A stretch of DNA of 64,000 bases from Actinomycetes bacterium. GTDB taxonomy: Bacteria; Actinomycetota; CALGFH01. Below, piece by piece: positions 35,245-44,627 of this stretch. The position numbers and the translations under genes were made by a program. The notes under the pieces were generated by a model, which did not search any database, was not told where the DNA came from, and saw only the letters and a list, made by a program, of their open reading frames with translations. Where the stretch lies: contig DASVXQ010000058.1 in NCBI GenBank assembly GCA_036392615.1, forward strand, positions 2,123 through 66,122, given 5' to 3'. The stretch's first letter is position 1, and every line of letters begins with the position of its first letter.

Positions 35245-37599
35245 TCAGGCCGCTGCTTCGTCGGGCACCACGGAGGTGGGCTCGGCCGGGGCGAGGGCCC
35301 AGGACAGGACCTGGTCGATCTGGTCGGCGAGGTGGAAGGTCATCTCGTCGCGGACCGACTCGGGGACGTCCTCGAGGTCGCCGCCGTTACGGGCGGGCAG
35401 CACGACCTCCTTGAGTCCGGCCCGGTGGGCGGCGAGCACCTTCTGCTTGACGCCACCGATCGGCAGGACCTTGCCCTGCAGGGTGACCTCACCGGTCATT
35501 CCGACCTCGGACCGCACCGGCCTGCCGGTCAGCAGGCTGACCAGCGCGGTGGTCATGGTGACACCGGCGCTGGGGCCGTCCTTGGGCACCGCGCCCGCGG
35601 GCACGTGCAGGTGGACCCGGCGGCCGTCGACCTGCGACCGCTCGATGCCGAGCTCGTCGGCGTGCGCCCGCACGTAGGACAGGGCGATGCTGGCCGACTC
35701 CTTCATGACGTCGCCGAGCTGACCGGTCAGGGTCAGGCCCGGGTCGCCGTCCATGACGCTGGCCTCGACGAACAGCACGTCGCCGCCGGTGCCGGTGACC
35801 GCCAGGCCGGTGGCCACGCCGGGAACCGCGGTGCGCTCGGCGGCCTCGAAGAAGAACCGCTGCCTGCCGAGGTAGTCGCGCACGTTCGGGGCGTCGATCA
35901 CTACCGGAGCCTGCACCTCGTCGCCGGCGAGCCTGGTCGCGACCTTGCGGAGCAGCCTGCCGAGCTCACGCTCGAGGTTCCGCACGCCCGCCTCGCGGGT
36001 GTAGTCGCTCACGATGATCCGCAGCGCGTCGGTGGTCAGCTCGACCTCGTCGGGCCGCAGGCCGGCCTGCTCGGTCCGCCGGCTGAGCAGGTGGTCGCGC
36101 GCGATGGCGACCTTCTCCTCCTCGGTGTAGCCGTCCAGGCGGACGACCTCCATGCGGTCCAGCAGCGGCTGCGGGATGGTCTCGATGACGTTGGCGGTCG
36201 CGATGAACAGCACGTCCGACAGGTCCAGCTCGATCTCGAGGTAGTGGTCCCGGAACGAGTGGTTCTGCGCCGGGTCGAGCACCTCGAGCAGCGCGGACGA
36301 CGGGTCGCCGCGCCAGTCCGAGCCGACCTTGTCGACCTCGTCCAGCAGGAACACCGGGTTCATGGTCCCGGCCTCCTTGATGGCGCGGACGATCCGGCCG
36401 GGCTGGGCGCCAACGTAGGTGCGCCGGTGCCCGCGGATCTCGGCCTCGTCGCGGATGCCGCCGAGGGCGACCCGCACGAACTCGCGGCCCATGGCCCGTG
36501 CGACCGACTCGCCGAGCGAGGTCTTGCCGACCCCCGGCGGGCCGACCAGCGCGATGATGGTGCCGGCGCTGCGGCCGCTCTTCGGCTCGATGCCGCGGTC
36601 GGCGCGCAGCTTGCGCACGGCCAGGTACTCGATGATGCGGTCCTTGACGTCCTCGAGGCCGGTGTGGTCGGCGTCGAGCACCTCGCGGGCCACGCCGATG
36701 TCGAGCCGGTCCTCGGACTTCTTGCCGAACGGCAGCTCGGTGACGGTGTCGAGCCAGGTGCGGATCCAGCCGTGCTCGGGGTTCTGCTCGGGCGTCCGCT
36801 CGAGCCGGTCGATCTCGCGCTCGACGGCCTTGCGGGCCTCGTCGGTCAGCGCGGCGCCTTCCAGCTTCTTGCGGTAGCCGGCGATCAGGTCCTCGTCGTC
36901 GTCCAGCTCGCCCAGCTCCTTGCGGATGGCGGCGAGCTGCTGGCGCAGCAGGAACTCGCGCTGGCTCTTCTCCATGCCCTCGGAGACGTCACGGCGGATG
37001 CGGTCCTTGATCTCCTGCTCCGCGAGGGCGTCGCGGGCCCAGGCCAGGACCTTCTCGAGGCGCTGCTCGACGTCGACGGTCTCCAGCAGCTCGACCTTGC
37101 GCTCGAAGCTCAGGTCGGGCGAGTAGACGGCGGTGTCGGCGAGCTGGCCAGGGTCCTCGACTCCACGCAGGGTCTCGGCGATCTGGCGCGCGCCGCGCGC
37201 CTCAAGGATGTTCTCGATGACGGCGCGGTACTCGCGGGCGAGCTCGCGCGCACGCGGCGTGGGAGGGGGCTCCTCGACCCGTCGCACCGCGACCCAGGTG
37301 GCGCTGCCGGTGCCCGCGACGCCGGTGGAGATCTCGGCGCGGTGCAGGCCGCGGACCACGATCGCCGTCTGGCCGCCGGGCAGCTCGCCGGCGTTCTCGA
37401 TCTCGGCCACCGTGCCGATTCGGGCATAGCCCTCGCCCACCTTGGGGACGAGCAGCAACTGCTGGCCGGCGTCTCTGGCCGCCTGCGTGGCGGCGCGGGA
37501 CTCAGCCGTCTCGAGGGTTGCCGTCACGACCATGCCGGGCAGCACGACACCGCTGGTCAGTGGCAGCAACGGGAGGGTCTCAACGGACAGCTCAGGCAA
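35245..37599 (-). CDS. lon: ATP-dependent Lon protease (endopeptidase La)
   Basis: LON N-domain (LPLLPLTSGVVLPGMVV), AAA+ Walker A GPPGVGKTSLG, and protease Ser in DGPSAG with the catalytic Lys further on. TTG 37599 with GGAGAA SD preferred. The track start is 37659. Confidence 0.92.
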   Translation of the reverse strand: MPELSVETLPLLPLTSGVVLPGMVVTATLETAESRAATQAARDAGQQLLLVPKVGEGYARIGTVAEIENAGELPGGQTAIVVRGLHRAEISTGVAGTGSATWVAVRRVEEPPPTPRARELAREYRAVIENILEARGARQIAETLRGVEDPGQLADTAVYSPDLSFERKVELLETVDVEQRLEKVLAWARDALAEQEIKDRIRRDVSEGMEKSQREFLLRQQLAAIRKELGELDDDEDLIAGYRKKLEGAALTDEARKAVEREIDRLERTPEQNPEHGWIRTWLDTVTELPFGKKSEDRLDIGVAREVLDADHTGLEDVKDRIIEYLAVRKLRADRGIEPKSGRSAGTIIALVGPPGVGKTSLGESVARAMGREFVRVALGGIRDEAEIRGHRRTYVGAQPGRIVRAIKEAGTMNPVFLLDEVDKVGSDWRGDPSSALLEVLDPAQNHSFRDHYLEIELDLSDVLFIATANVIETIPQPLLDRMEVVRLDGYTEEEKVAIARDHLLSRRTEQAGLRPDEVELTTDALRIIVSDYTREAGVRNLERELGRLLRKVATRLAGDEVQAPVVIDAPNVRDYLGRQRFFFEAAERTAVPGVATGLAVTGTGGDVLFVEASVMDGDPGLTLTGQLGDVMKESASIALSYVRAHADELGIERSQVDGRRVHLHVPAGAVPKDGPSAGVTMTTALVSLLTGRPVRSEVGMTGEVTLQGKVLPIGGVKQKVLAAHRAGLKEVVLPARNGGDLEDVPESVRDEMTFHLADQIDQVLSWALAPAEPTSVVPDEAAA

Positions 37600-37707
37600 T
37601 TCGTTCTCCAGATCAAGTGGGGTTCGACACCTGGCACAACGCCCGCCTGGCCGGAGCAATTCCCTGTCGGCGTGGAAGGTTGAGGTCGACGACCTTTGGG
37701 TTGTCGA

Positions 37708-38469
37708 CTATCCGTGGTCGTCCTGCTGGATGCGCTCGGTGAGCCGGTAGAGCGCCGACTGCTCGATGTTGCCGATCAGGCAGTAGACGGTGCCGTGGGC
37801 GCTCCACCAGATGCTCCCGGTCTGTCCCCACCTGGCCGCGGCGACGCCCGCCTCGCTGCTCGGCCCGCGCGCGCTCGCCATCTCCGGCAGCTCGCCCTTC
37901 CAGCGCAGGTAGGTCACCCGGCGGCCGCTCGCGTCGCGGTACTCGGTCACCGCGGCGACGTGCCCGGCGAGCATCCGCCCGCCGGCGCCCTTGACGCTGA
38001 ACCCGTACGCGGCCAGGTCGGGCGTGTCGGCGGCGGGCCCGAGCACGGCGTTGAGCCGCGCCTGGGTCGAGCCGTCCCACTGCATCATCAGCGGCTGGGT
38101 GCGGTAGGCGGTCCAGGCGGCGGTCAGCACGCTGGACCGCGCCGGCGCCGGGACCAGCAGGATGGTCGCGGCCAGGATCGCGGCCGCCAGGCTGGCCGCC
38201 GCGCCGAGCGACAGCCAGTGCCGCCGGCGGGCGCGCAGCGGCCGGCCGGCCGCCTCGGCGCGCAGGGCGGCCATGATCCGCGCCCTGGTGACCTCGGGGG
38301 TGGTGACCGCCGTCGAGCGCACCAGCGCGGTGAGCTGGCGGTCCAGCAGCGCGCGTGAGGCGCAGGCGCTGCAGCGCGCCACGTGCTCGCGCGCGGCGAC
38401 CGCCTCGTGCGACTCGAGCTCACCCAGGCTGAAGGCGGTCAGCCGGTCCTGGAACTGCTCACAGGTCAT
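37708..38469 (-). CDS. Anti-sigma factor (zf-HC2 type) with one TM and a C-terminal extracytoplasmic domain of about 150 aa
   Basis: MTCEQFQDRL...HVARCSACA is the H-x3-C-x2-C motif. TM segment LSLGAAASLAAAILAATILLV. The ATG overlaps the sigma gene stop by 11 nt. Confidence 0.8.
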   Translation of the reverse strand: MTCEQFQDRLTAFSLGELESHEAVAAREHVARCSACASRALLDRQLTALVRSTAVTTPEVTRARIMAALRAEAAGRPLRARRRHWLSLGAAASLAAAILAATILLVPAPARSSVLTAAWTAYRTQPLMMQWDGSTQARLNAVLGPAADTPDLAAYGFSVKGAGGRMLAGHVAAVTEYRDASGRRVTYLRWKGELPEMASARGPSSEAGVAAARWGQTGSIWWSAHGTVYCLIGNIEQSALYRLTERIQQDDHG

Positions 38470-38995
38470 CGGCCTGCACCCTTCCAAGCTCGGGCGTCAG
38501 GAGCCGCTCCAGGCGACGGCGGGCGCGGTGCAGGCGCGACAGGATGGTCCCGCGCGGCACGCCCATCACCTCGGCCGCTTCCGCGCAGGACAGCCCGTGG
38601 ATGTCGACCAGCATGACCGCGGTGCGGAACTCCTCCGGCAGCAGCGCGATCGCGCGGCGGACGCTCTCCCGGTCCATCTCGCGCACGGCCTGCTCCTCTG
38701 GGCCGGGCTCGTAGCTCGGCGGCTCCACGCTGGGCTCGTCGGGGGAGTCCAGCCAGACCAGAGGCAGGCGGCGATCCTTCCGGTATTGCGTGCAGAACAG
38801 GTTGTACTGGATTCGGAGCAGCCAGGCCTTGCAGTTGGTGCCCGGCTTGAAGGTCGAGAAGGAGCGCAGCGCGCGAAGCATGGTCTCTTGCGTGAGGTCC
38901 TGAGCCGTCGCCCGCTCGCCGGTGAGGCGCAGGGCGGCGTCGTACAGCGTGTCCATGTGCGGTACGGCGGTCGCCTCGAACCCGGCCAGCTCCAC
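38459..38995 (-). CDS. ECF-type RNA polymerase sigma factor
   Basis: Region 2 (DLTQETMLRALR...KAWLLRI) and region 4 (LPEEFRTAVMLVDIHGLSCAEAAEVMGVPRGTILSRLHRARRRL). Confidence 0.9.
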   Translation of the reverse strand: MELAGFEATAVPHMDTLYDAALRLTGERATAQDLTQETMLRALRSFSTFKPGTNCKAWLLRIQYNLFCTQYRKDRRLPLVWLDSPDEPSVEPPSYEPGPEEQAVREMDRESVRRAIALLPEEFRTAVMLVDIHGLSCAEAAEVMGVPRGTILSRLHRARRRLERLLTPELGRVQADDL

Positions 38996-39115
38996 TGGCG
39001 ACGACTCCCTCCTGTCGGCCCGGGCGATCCCGCCACTCCTGAATCAGGAACCGCGAGGCCGCCCGGCCGATTCCCACGCTCGCGGGGCCGTGGCCCGGCC
39101 CCGCGCCGGCTGCGA

Positions 39116-40561
39116 CTAGCCTGCCACCGCCGCGGTGGAGGTGTCGGCCGGCTGCCCGGTGAGACGCCGGCGGCGGCGGCGCCGCGAACCGGACTTGCGC
39201 GTCCCCTGGGTCGCTTCCTCGTCGCCCGACCGGCCGGAGGCCTGCGCTTGCTTGGCGGCCTTCGGCTGCGGGCGGCTGGCGGCGCGCTTGGCGGCCGCCT
39301 CCTCGATGGTCGGCAGCTGGAACAGGTCGACCAGCTCCTGGCTGGTCGAGTAGATCTCGGGGATCGGCTCGCCGTCCATGCCGAGGTGCTGGCGGATCAG
39401 GTCGGCGGTGGCCGCCTCGTTCCAAGCCACGAAGGTGATCGCCACCCCGGCGGCGCCGGCGCGGCCGGTGCGGCCGATCCGGTGCACGTAGGCGCGCTCG
39501 TCCTCGGGCGTGTCGTAGTTGATCACGTGCGACAGCCCGGCGATGTCGAGCCCGCGGGCGGCGACGTCGGTGCACACCAGGACGTCGAGCTTGCCGTTGC
39601 GGAACGAGCGCATCACCCGCTCGCGCACGACCTGCGGCAGGTCGCCGTGCAGCGCGCCCGCCCGGTAGCCCCGCTCCACCAGGCCCTGGATGGTCCGCTC
39701 GACGCCGCGCTTGGTGCGCCGGAAGACCGCGACGCGGTCCCGGTCGGGCGCGTCGAGCAGGCGGCAGAGCACCTCGAAGCGGTTGAGCGGGTGGACCTTG
39801 AAGAAGTGCTGCTCGGTGGCTGGCACGGTGGCGCGCTCGCCCTCCGGCTCGGCGTGCACGAAGGTCGGCTGCTTGGAGTAGCGCCGCGCCAGCGCGACGA
39901 CGGCCTTGGGCATGGTCGCGGAGAACAGCATCGTCTGCCGGTGCTCCGGGGTGGCGGCGATGATCGACTCGACGTCGGGCAGGAAGCCGAGGTCGAGCAT
40001 CTCGTCCGCCTCGTCGAGCACCAGCACGCGCAGCGCGTCGAGCTGCAGGCTGCCCTGGCGCAGGTGGTCGAGCAGCCGGCCCGGGGTGCCCACGACCACC
40101 GGGGCGCCCTCGTTCAGGTCGACGATCTGCGGGCCCATGGGCCGGCCGCCGACGATCGCGGCGACGCGGACGCCGGTGTCGTGGCCGGTCTTGGCGATGT
40201 CGGCGGCCACCTGGAGGCAGAGCTCACGGGTGGGGACGACCACCAGCGCCTGGACCGCGTGCTCGCTCGGGTCGACGTCCTGGACGATCGGGATCCCGAA
40301 GGCGAGGGTCTTGCCGGTGCCGGTGCGTGCCTGGCCGATGAGGTCGACGCCGGCCAGTGCCAGTGGCAGGCACAGCGTCTGGATGGGGAAGGGGTGCTCG
40401 ACGCCGATGCGCGCGAGCGAGGTCAGTGTGGTGGGGGTGACGCCAAGGTCGGCGAAGCTGCGTTCCGTGGTGCCATTGGTCGAACTGCTGTGGCTTTTCG
40501 GTAGTTGACTCAGACCGGTGCCTCCAAACCGTGTGTGGACATGCGACAGGGCCGGCTCCAT
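39116..40561 (-). CDS. DEAD-box ATP-dependent RNA helicase
   Basis: The Q motif region, AQARTGTGKT, VLDEADEM, SAT and HRIGRTGRAG are present, followed by a basic C-terminal tail. The exact start is uncertain. Confidence 0.9.
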   Translation of the reverse strand: MEPALSHVHTRFGGTGLSQLPKSHSSSTNGTTERSFADLGVTPTTLTSLARIGVEHPFPIQTLCLPLALAGVDLIGQARTGTGKTLAFGIPIVQDVDPSEHAVQALVVVPTRELCLQVAADIAKTGHDTGVRVAAIVGGRPMGPQIVDLNEGAPVVVGTPGRLLDHLRQGSLQLDALRVLVLDEADEMLDLGFLPDVESIIAATPEHRQTMLFSATMPKAVVALARRYSKQPTFVHAEPEGERATVPATEQHFFKVHPLNRFEVLCRLLDAPDRDRVAVFRRTKRGVERTIQGLVERGYRAGALHGDLPQVVRERVMRSFRNGKLDVLVCTDVAARGLDIAGLSHVINYDTPEDERAYVHRIGRTGRAGAAGVAITFVAWNEAATADLIRQHLGMDGEPIPEIYSTSQELVDLFQLPTIEEAAAKRAASRPQPKAAKQAQASGRSGDEEATQGTRKSGSRRRRRRRLTGQPADTSTAAVAG

Positions 40562-40647
40562 CCATGGGAGCCCGCCCGCTCAGTGCCAGTGTATCCGCCT
40601 TCAGTGATTCGCGTGTCCGGCGCGACTCGATCGACCGGATCTCCGGG

Positions 40648-40989
40648 CTAGTACCTTGGAACGCGCGGGTCGACGACCTGGCTCCACTCGTCGATCCCGC
40701 CCGCCAGGCTGCGCGGCCGCGACCAGCCGTTGGCCTTGAGCCAGATGGCCGCCTGGGCGCTGCGCATGCCGGAATGGCAGTAGAGCACCACGTCGGCGTC
40801 CTTGGGGATCTCCTCCGGCGCCCGCTGGACGAACTCGCCGAGGCCCAGGTGCAGCGACGGCTCGATGGTCCCGATGGCGCGCTCCTGGTCGGTGCGCACG
40901 TCGACCAGCAGCGGCGGCGTCGGTCCCTCCAGCTCGCGGGCCAGCGACGCCGGGTCGACCTCTTCGAGCAGGGGGTGGCCGCCGTTCAT
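40648..40989 (-). CDS. Rhodanese-like domain protein
   Basis: LLVDVRTDQE...VVLYCHSGMRSAQAA...GGIDEW is the active-site CxxGxRS loop. Confidence 0.85.
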   Translation of the reverse strand: MNGGHPLLEEVDPASLARELEGPTPPLLVDVRTDQERAIGTIEPSLHLGLGEFVQRAPEEIPKDADVVLYCHSGMRSAQAAIWLKANGWSRPRSLAGGIDEWSQVVDPRVPRY

Positions 40990-41161
40990 CGGCCCCCGTC
41001 CTCGGCTGCCATTCGGTTCCCCCTTGCGTGCTCGTGCCGCCTGCCGCCGTCAATCGTACCGCCCGGGTCGGCACGACCCGCCCGGCAACGGTAGGCTTGG
41101 CGCGGTTTCCAGTGGTCAGCATCCCGCCCGCTCCGGGCTGGAGCCGTCGAGGAGGTCACCA

Positions 41162-41503
41162 GTGGCAAGTCCGGCCGAGGTCTTCCAGGCGCTGCGCGAG
41201 GCTCTTGCCAAGGCCGACGCGGACGCCGCCGCCGCGCTGTACGCACCCGACGCGGTGTACTACGAGCCGGACAACGACGCCCACCGGGGCCGGGACGAGA
41301 TCCGCAACTACCTGGCCGCCTACTTCGCGCGGCGCGGTCCGGTCGAGGTCACCGTCAAGCGCGAGGTGCTGGCGGACTCCACGGTGCTGGCCGAGTGGAC
41401 CAGCGCCTACACCGAGGGCGGCCGGCGCTGGTCGGGCACCCCGGGCGTGTCCGTGGTCGAGCTGGGCCGCGAGGGCATCAGCTACCACCGCGACTACGAG
41501 TAG
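41162..41503 (+). CDS. SnoaL-like / NTF2-fold protein
   Basis: GTG 41162 lies 7 nt after GAGGAGG. ...ALYAPDAVYYEPDNDAHRGRDEIRNYLAAYF... is the SnoaL_2 pattern. 113 aa. Confidence 0.72.
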   Translation: MASPAEVFQALREALAKADADAAAALYAPDAVYYEPDNDAHRGRDEIRNYLAAYFARRGPVEVTVKREVLADSTVLAEWTSAYTEGGRRWSGTPGVSVVELGREGISYHRDYE

Positions 41504-41511
41504 CGGCCGTC

Positions 41512-41629
41512 GAGTGCCGGTCATGGATCGGCGCCGCATGCAGCGCTTGACCATCCGTGCAGCTCCAAGGCTTGCGCGCCGCTCCGTCCGCCACCCCAAT
41601 CCCCCAAGGGGGAATCCATGGCCGGTGCC
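41512..41629 (+). repeat. Copy A of a 118-120 bp palindromic repeat element (MITE/REP-like)
   Basis: GAGTGCCGGTCATGGAT...CAGCTCCAAGGCTTGCGCGCCGC...ATCCATGGCCGGTGCC. It fills the whole gap between the convergent SnoaL-like and DUF3107 genes. Confidence 0.8.
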
Positions 41630-41862
41630 TAGCGGGAGGCGAAGCCGACGTGCTTCTCCGGGTTCTCCTCGCCGATCTCGATGTAGGCCAGCTTGTCGGT
41701 CGGGATGCCGACGCGGCGCCCCCGCGAGTCGGTCAGCCACAGGACGCCACGGGATCCGCTGGCGACGGCGTCCTCCACGGTCTTGGCCACCTCGTCGGGG
41801 GACTGGTGGACGTCGACCTCGAGTTCCTTGGGGTTGTCGGTGACCCCCAGCTTGACCTCCAT
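41629..41862 (-). CDS. DUF3107 domain protein
   Basis: From ATG 41862 the product reads MEVKLGVTDNPKELEVDVHQSPDEVAKTVEDAVASGSRGVLWLTDSRGRRVGIPTDKLAYIEIG. This is a typical DUF3107 sequence, a family often found near the actinobacterial DEAD-box helicase. Confidence 0.8.
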   Translation of the reverse strand: MEVKLGVTDNPKELEVDVHQSPDEVAKTVEDAVASGSRGVLWLTDSRGRRVGIPTDKLAYIEIGEENPEKHVGFASR

Positions 41863-41921
41863 CGGTCCATGGACCTCCCTGCTCGTGTCCGGCCGCGCGC
41901 GGCGGGTTGCGGCGCGAGCGT

Positions 41922-42041
41922 AGAGCACCGGCCAAGTATCCGTTCGAGGCGCTGCGTGGCCGCCGGGGGCGGCGCGCAAGCCTCGGCGCTGTACGGACGG
42001 CCAGATGCTGCATGCGGCGCCGAATACCTGGCCGGCACTCT
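41922..42041 (-). repeat. Copy B (inverted orientation) of the palindromic repeat element
   Basis: The reverse complement reads AGAGTGCCGGCCAGGTAT...CAGCGCCGAGGCTTGCGCGCCGCC...ATACTTGGCCGGTGCTCT. By eye it is roughly 80-85% identical to copy C. Confidence 0.85.
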
Positions 42042-42117
42042 AGCAGCACCGGGCGGAACCGATCCGCCCGCCGCGGTGTACTCCCGGTGACGTCGAGCGC
42101 CCGTTCGGGAGGCAGCC

Positions 42118-43395
42118 ATGCAGCGCCACAGCGCCGTGCCAGCCCGCCGTGCCGCCGCCGTCGCCGTCGGGCTCGCGCTGCTGGTGGCCGGCTGCGGGCG
42201 TGCGGCGCCGGAGCGGACGCGGTCCGATCGGCCCGCCACGCCCACCGCGGTGGGTGAGCGGACCTCCAGCGACCTGCTCTACACCGCCGATCAGCGCCGC
42301 GGCACGCTCCAGGTGGTCGGCAGGGGTGGGCAGCTGCTGCGCAGCCTGCCCGCCGGGGTGCCGAGCCCCGACTGGAAGACGCTCTACGTCGCCGGCGGCG
42401 GCACCAACCGGACCACCGTGCGGGCGATCGACGTGGCCAGCGGCAGGGTGCTGCGCTCGACCACCGTCGCCGGCAGGTTCCGGCTTCCCGTGGTCGGCAT
42501 CGCCGGCGTCCCGGAGGGGCTGTCCGCCGACGGCGGCACGCTGGTGCTGGCCAACCTGGCCGACACCCCGGCGAGCCGCTTCGCGGTGCTGCGGACCGAC
42601 TTCAGCAAGCCCGCCGAGACCATCTCGCTGCCGGGCGAGCTCGAGTACGACGCGGTCTCGCCGGACGGCGCGCGGCTGTTCCTGATCGAGCACCTCGCCG
42701 GCCCGGACCGCTCCCGCTACCGCGTGCGCATGTACGACCGCGGCGCCGGCCGCCTCGATCCCAACGTGATCGTCGACAAGCGGGACCAGTGGGAGACCTC
42801 GATGGCCGGCTACCCGAACACCCGGGTGACCGGGCCGGACGGCAGCTGGGTCTACACGCTCTACCGCAATGCCGACCACGGGCCGTTCGTCCACGCGCTC
42901 AACGCCCTCGACAGCTACGCCTTCTGCATCGACCTGCCCCGCAACGGCAGCACCGACCAGCGGGCCGCGCGGCTGTGGACGCTGGCGCGCGGCAGCGGCG
43001 GCGGTGGCCTCTACGCGGTGAACACCGCACTGGGGCTGGTGTCCGAGATCGACCAGGACCAGTTCACCGTGCTCCGCACGGCCACGTTCCCGCCGGACCG
43101 CGCCGCCGCCGCTGTCAGGCCCGGCGGCGCGGCGCTTGCCGACGCCGGCGACGTGCTGCTGGTGGGCACCTCCAACGGCGTGCTGGCGATCGGCACCGCC
43201 ACGCTGAAGGTGCAGCGGCGCGAGCTGGCCGGCTGGGCGGTCGACGGGCTGGTCGCCAGCGCCGACGGCCGGCGCGCCTACGCGCTGAGCAGCGCGCGCG
43301 GCCGGGTGGCGGCGATCGACCCGGTCAGCGGCCGGCTGCTGGACGAGCGCGCCGCCCCGGCGGCGAGCCTGCTGCTCCACGCCGCGGCCGGCTGA
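42118..43395 (+). CDS. Lipoprotein, probable beta-propeller-like repeat protein (function unknown)
   Basis: Signal peptide with lipobox LLVAGC. RBS GGAGG. Repeated ...DG.RLY/DG..L... strands. 425 aa, unbiased composition. Confidence 0.72.
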   Translation: MQRHSAVPARRAAAVAVGLALLVAGCGRAAPERTRSDRPATPTAVGERTSSDLLYTADQRRGTLQVVGRGGQLLRSLPAGVPSPDWKTLYVAGGGTNRTTVRAIDVASGRVLRSTTVAGRFRLPVVGIAGVPEGLSADGGTLVLANLADTPASRFAVLRTDFSKPAETISLPGELEYDAVSPDGARLFLIEHLAGPDRSRYRVRMYDRGAGRLDPNVIVDKRDQWETSMAGYPNTRVTGPDGSWVYTLYRNADHGPFVHALNALDSYAFCIDLPRNGSTDQRAARLWTLARGSGGGGLYAVNTALGLVSEIDQDQFTVLRTATFPPDRAAAAVRPGGAALADAGDVLLVGTSNGVLAIGTATLKVQRRELAGWAVDGLVASADGRRAYALSSARGRVAAIDPVSGRLLDERAAPAASLLLHAAAG

Positions 43396-43484
43396 CCAGG
43401 TCGCGGGCGGAAGAAGGCGGCCAACTGTCGCACCGGCTTGGTAGCTTCCCGCGTCAAGCGACGCGCGCGGAGGAGGCGAGGCCG

Positions 43485-44627
43485 GTGGGCTGGGCGCTTG
43501 GCGGGTTGGCGGGGCTGCTGGTCGGGCTGGTCGCCGGGTTCCTGCTGGCGCGCCGGGGCGGGCAGGTCGGGCTGATGGCCAGCCTGCTCGACCGGCGGCT
43601 CGACGGCATGTCCAAGGAGCTGGACCGGCGGCTGGTCGACCTGGACCGGCACCTGTACCACAGCCTGGACACGGTGCAGCTCACCCAGGCCCAGGCGACC
43701 GACGTGGCCGCCGACGTACGCGAGCGTGTCGCGGTGGTCAGCGGCATCGCCCAGCAGGTGCTCGAGCAGGCCCGTGACCTCGGCAAGCTCGAGGACCTGC
43801 TGCGGCCGCCGCAGGCCCGCGGCGCCTTCGGCGAGGTCCTGCTCGAGCACCTGCTCGCCCAGGGCCTGCCGGAGGGCTGCTGGCGGACCCAGCACACCTT
43901 CCGGTCGGGCGCCAGGGTCGACGCGGTGCTGCTGCTGGACAGCGCCCTGGTGCCGGTCGACTCCAAGTTCCCGCTGGAGGCCTTCGCCCGCATGGCCGCG
44001 GCGGAGCAGGGCGACCCCGCCCGCGGGCTGCACCGCCGGGCGTTCGTGCGCGACGCGCGCAGGCACGTGGACGCGATCGCCGACAAGTACATCCGGCCCG
44101 ACGAGGGCACCTTCGACTTCGCGTTGTGCTACCTGCCGTCCGAGGCGGTCTACTACGAGTTCCTGCGCGAGGAGCCGGCGGGGGAGTCGGCCTTCCGGCA
44201 CGCGCTGGAGCGGCGGGTCTTCCCGGTGTCGCCGGGCACCTTCTACGCCTACCTGCTGTCGGTCGGGGTGGGGCTGCGCGGCCTGCGGGTCGAGGCCAAC
44301 GCGCGCCGCGTGCTGGACGCCCTGTCCTCGCTGCGGGGCGACCTCGACCGCTTCTCCAGCGACTTCGAGGTGGTCGGCAAGCACCTCGGCAACGCGCGAA
44401 CACGCTGGGAGGAGGCCGCCCGCCGGCTGGACCGCTTCGGCGACAAGCTCACCGAGGTCTCCGACCGCGCCGGCGAGGTCGAGGACGCCTCGACCGGCGC
44501 GGACGGCGAGCTCGAGCGCGCGGACGAGCCGGAGGACTCGCCGGACAGCGTGGCGGCCACGCCGCTCAGCGTCGCCCTCCCGCCCGCGGGCGAGCACACC
44601 GGCGAGCCGCTCAGGGGAACCGGCTGA
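43485..44627 (+). CDS. rmuC: DNA recombination protein RmuC
   Basis: N-terminal TM, coiled coil, then ...RGAFGEVLLEHLL...VDAVLLLDSALVPVDSKFPLEAF...FALCYLPSEAVY... (RmuC domain). GTG 43485 lies after GGAGGAGG. Confidence 0.83.
   Translation: MGWALGGLAGLLVGLVAGFLLARRGGQVGLMASLLDRRLDGMSKELDRRLVDLDRHLYHSLDTVQLTQAQATDVAADVRERVAVVSGIAQQVLEQARDLGKLEDLLRPPQARGAFGEVLLEHLLAQGLPEGCWRTQHTFRSGARVDAVLLLDSALVPVDSKFPLEAFARMAAAEQGDPARGLHRRAFVRDARRHVDAIADKYIRPDEGTFDFALCYLPSEAVYYEFLREEPAGESAFRHALERRVFPVSPGTFYAYLLSVGVGLRGLRVEANARRVLDALSSLRGDLDRFSSDFEVVGKHLGNARTRWEEAARRLDRFGDKLTEVSDRAGEVEDASTGADGELERADEPEDSPDSVAATPLSVALPPAGEHTGEPLRGTG

Noticed and set aside
42789-43484. N-terminal 232 aa extension of the rmuC ORF
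   Set aside because: It overlaps the well-supported lipoprotein gene in another frame and is Arg/Ala/Gly junk. The RmuC TM segment starts right after GTG 43485, which has a strong SD.
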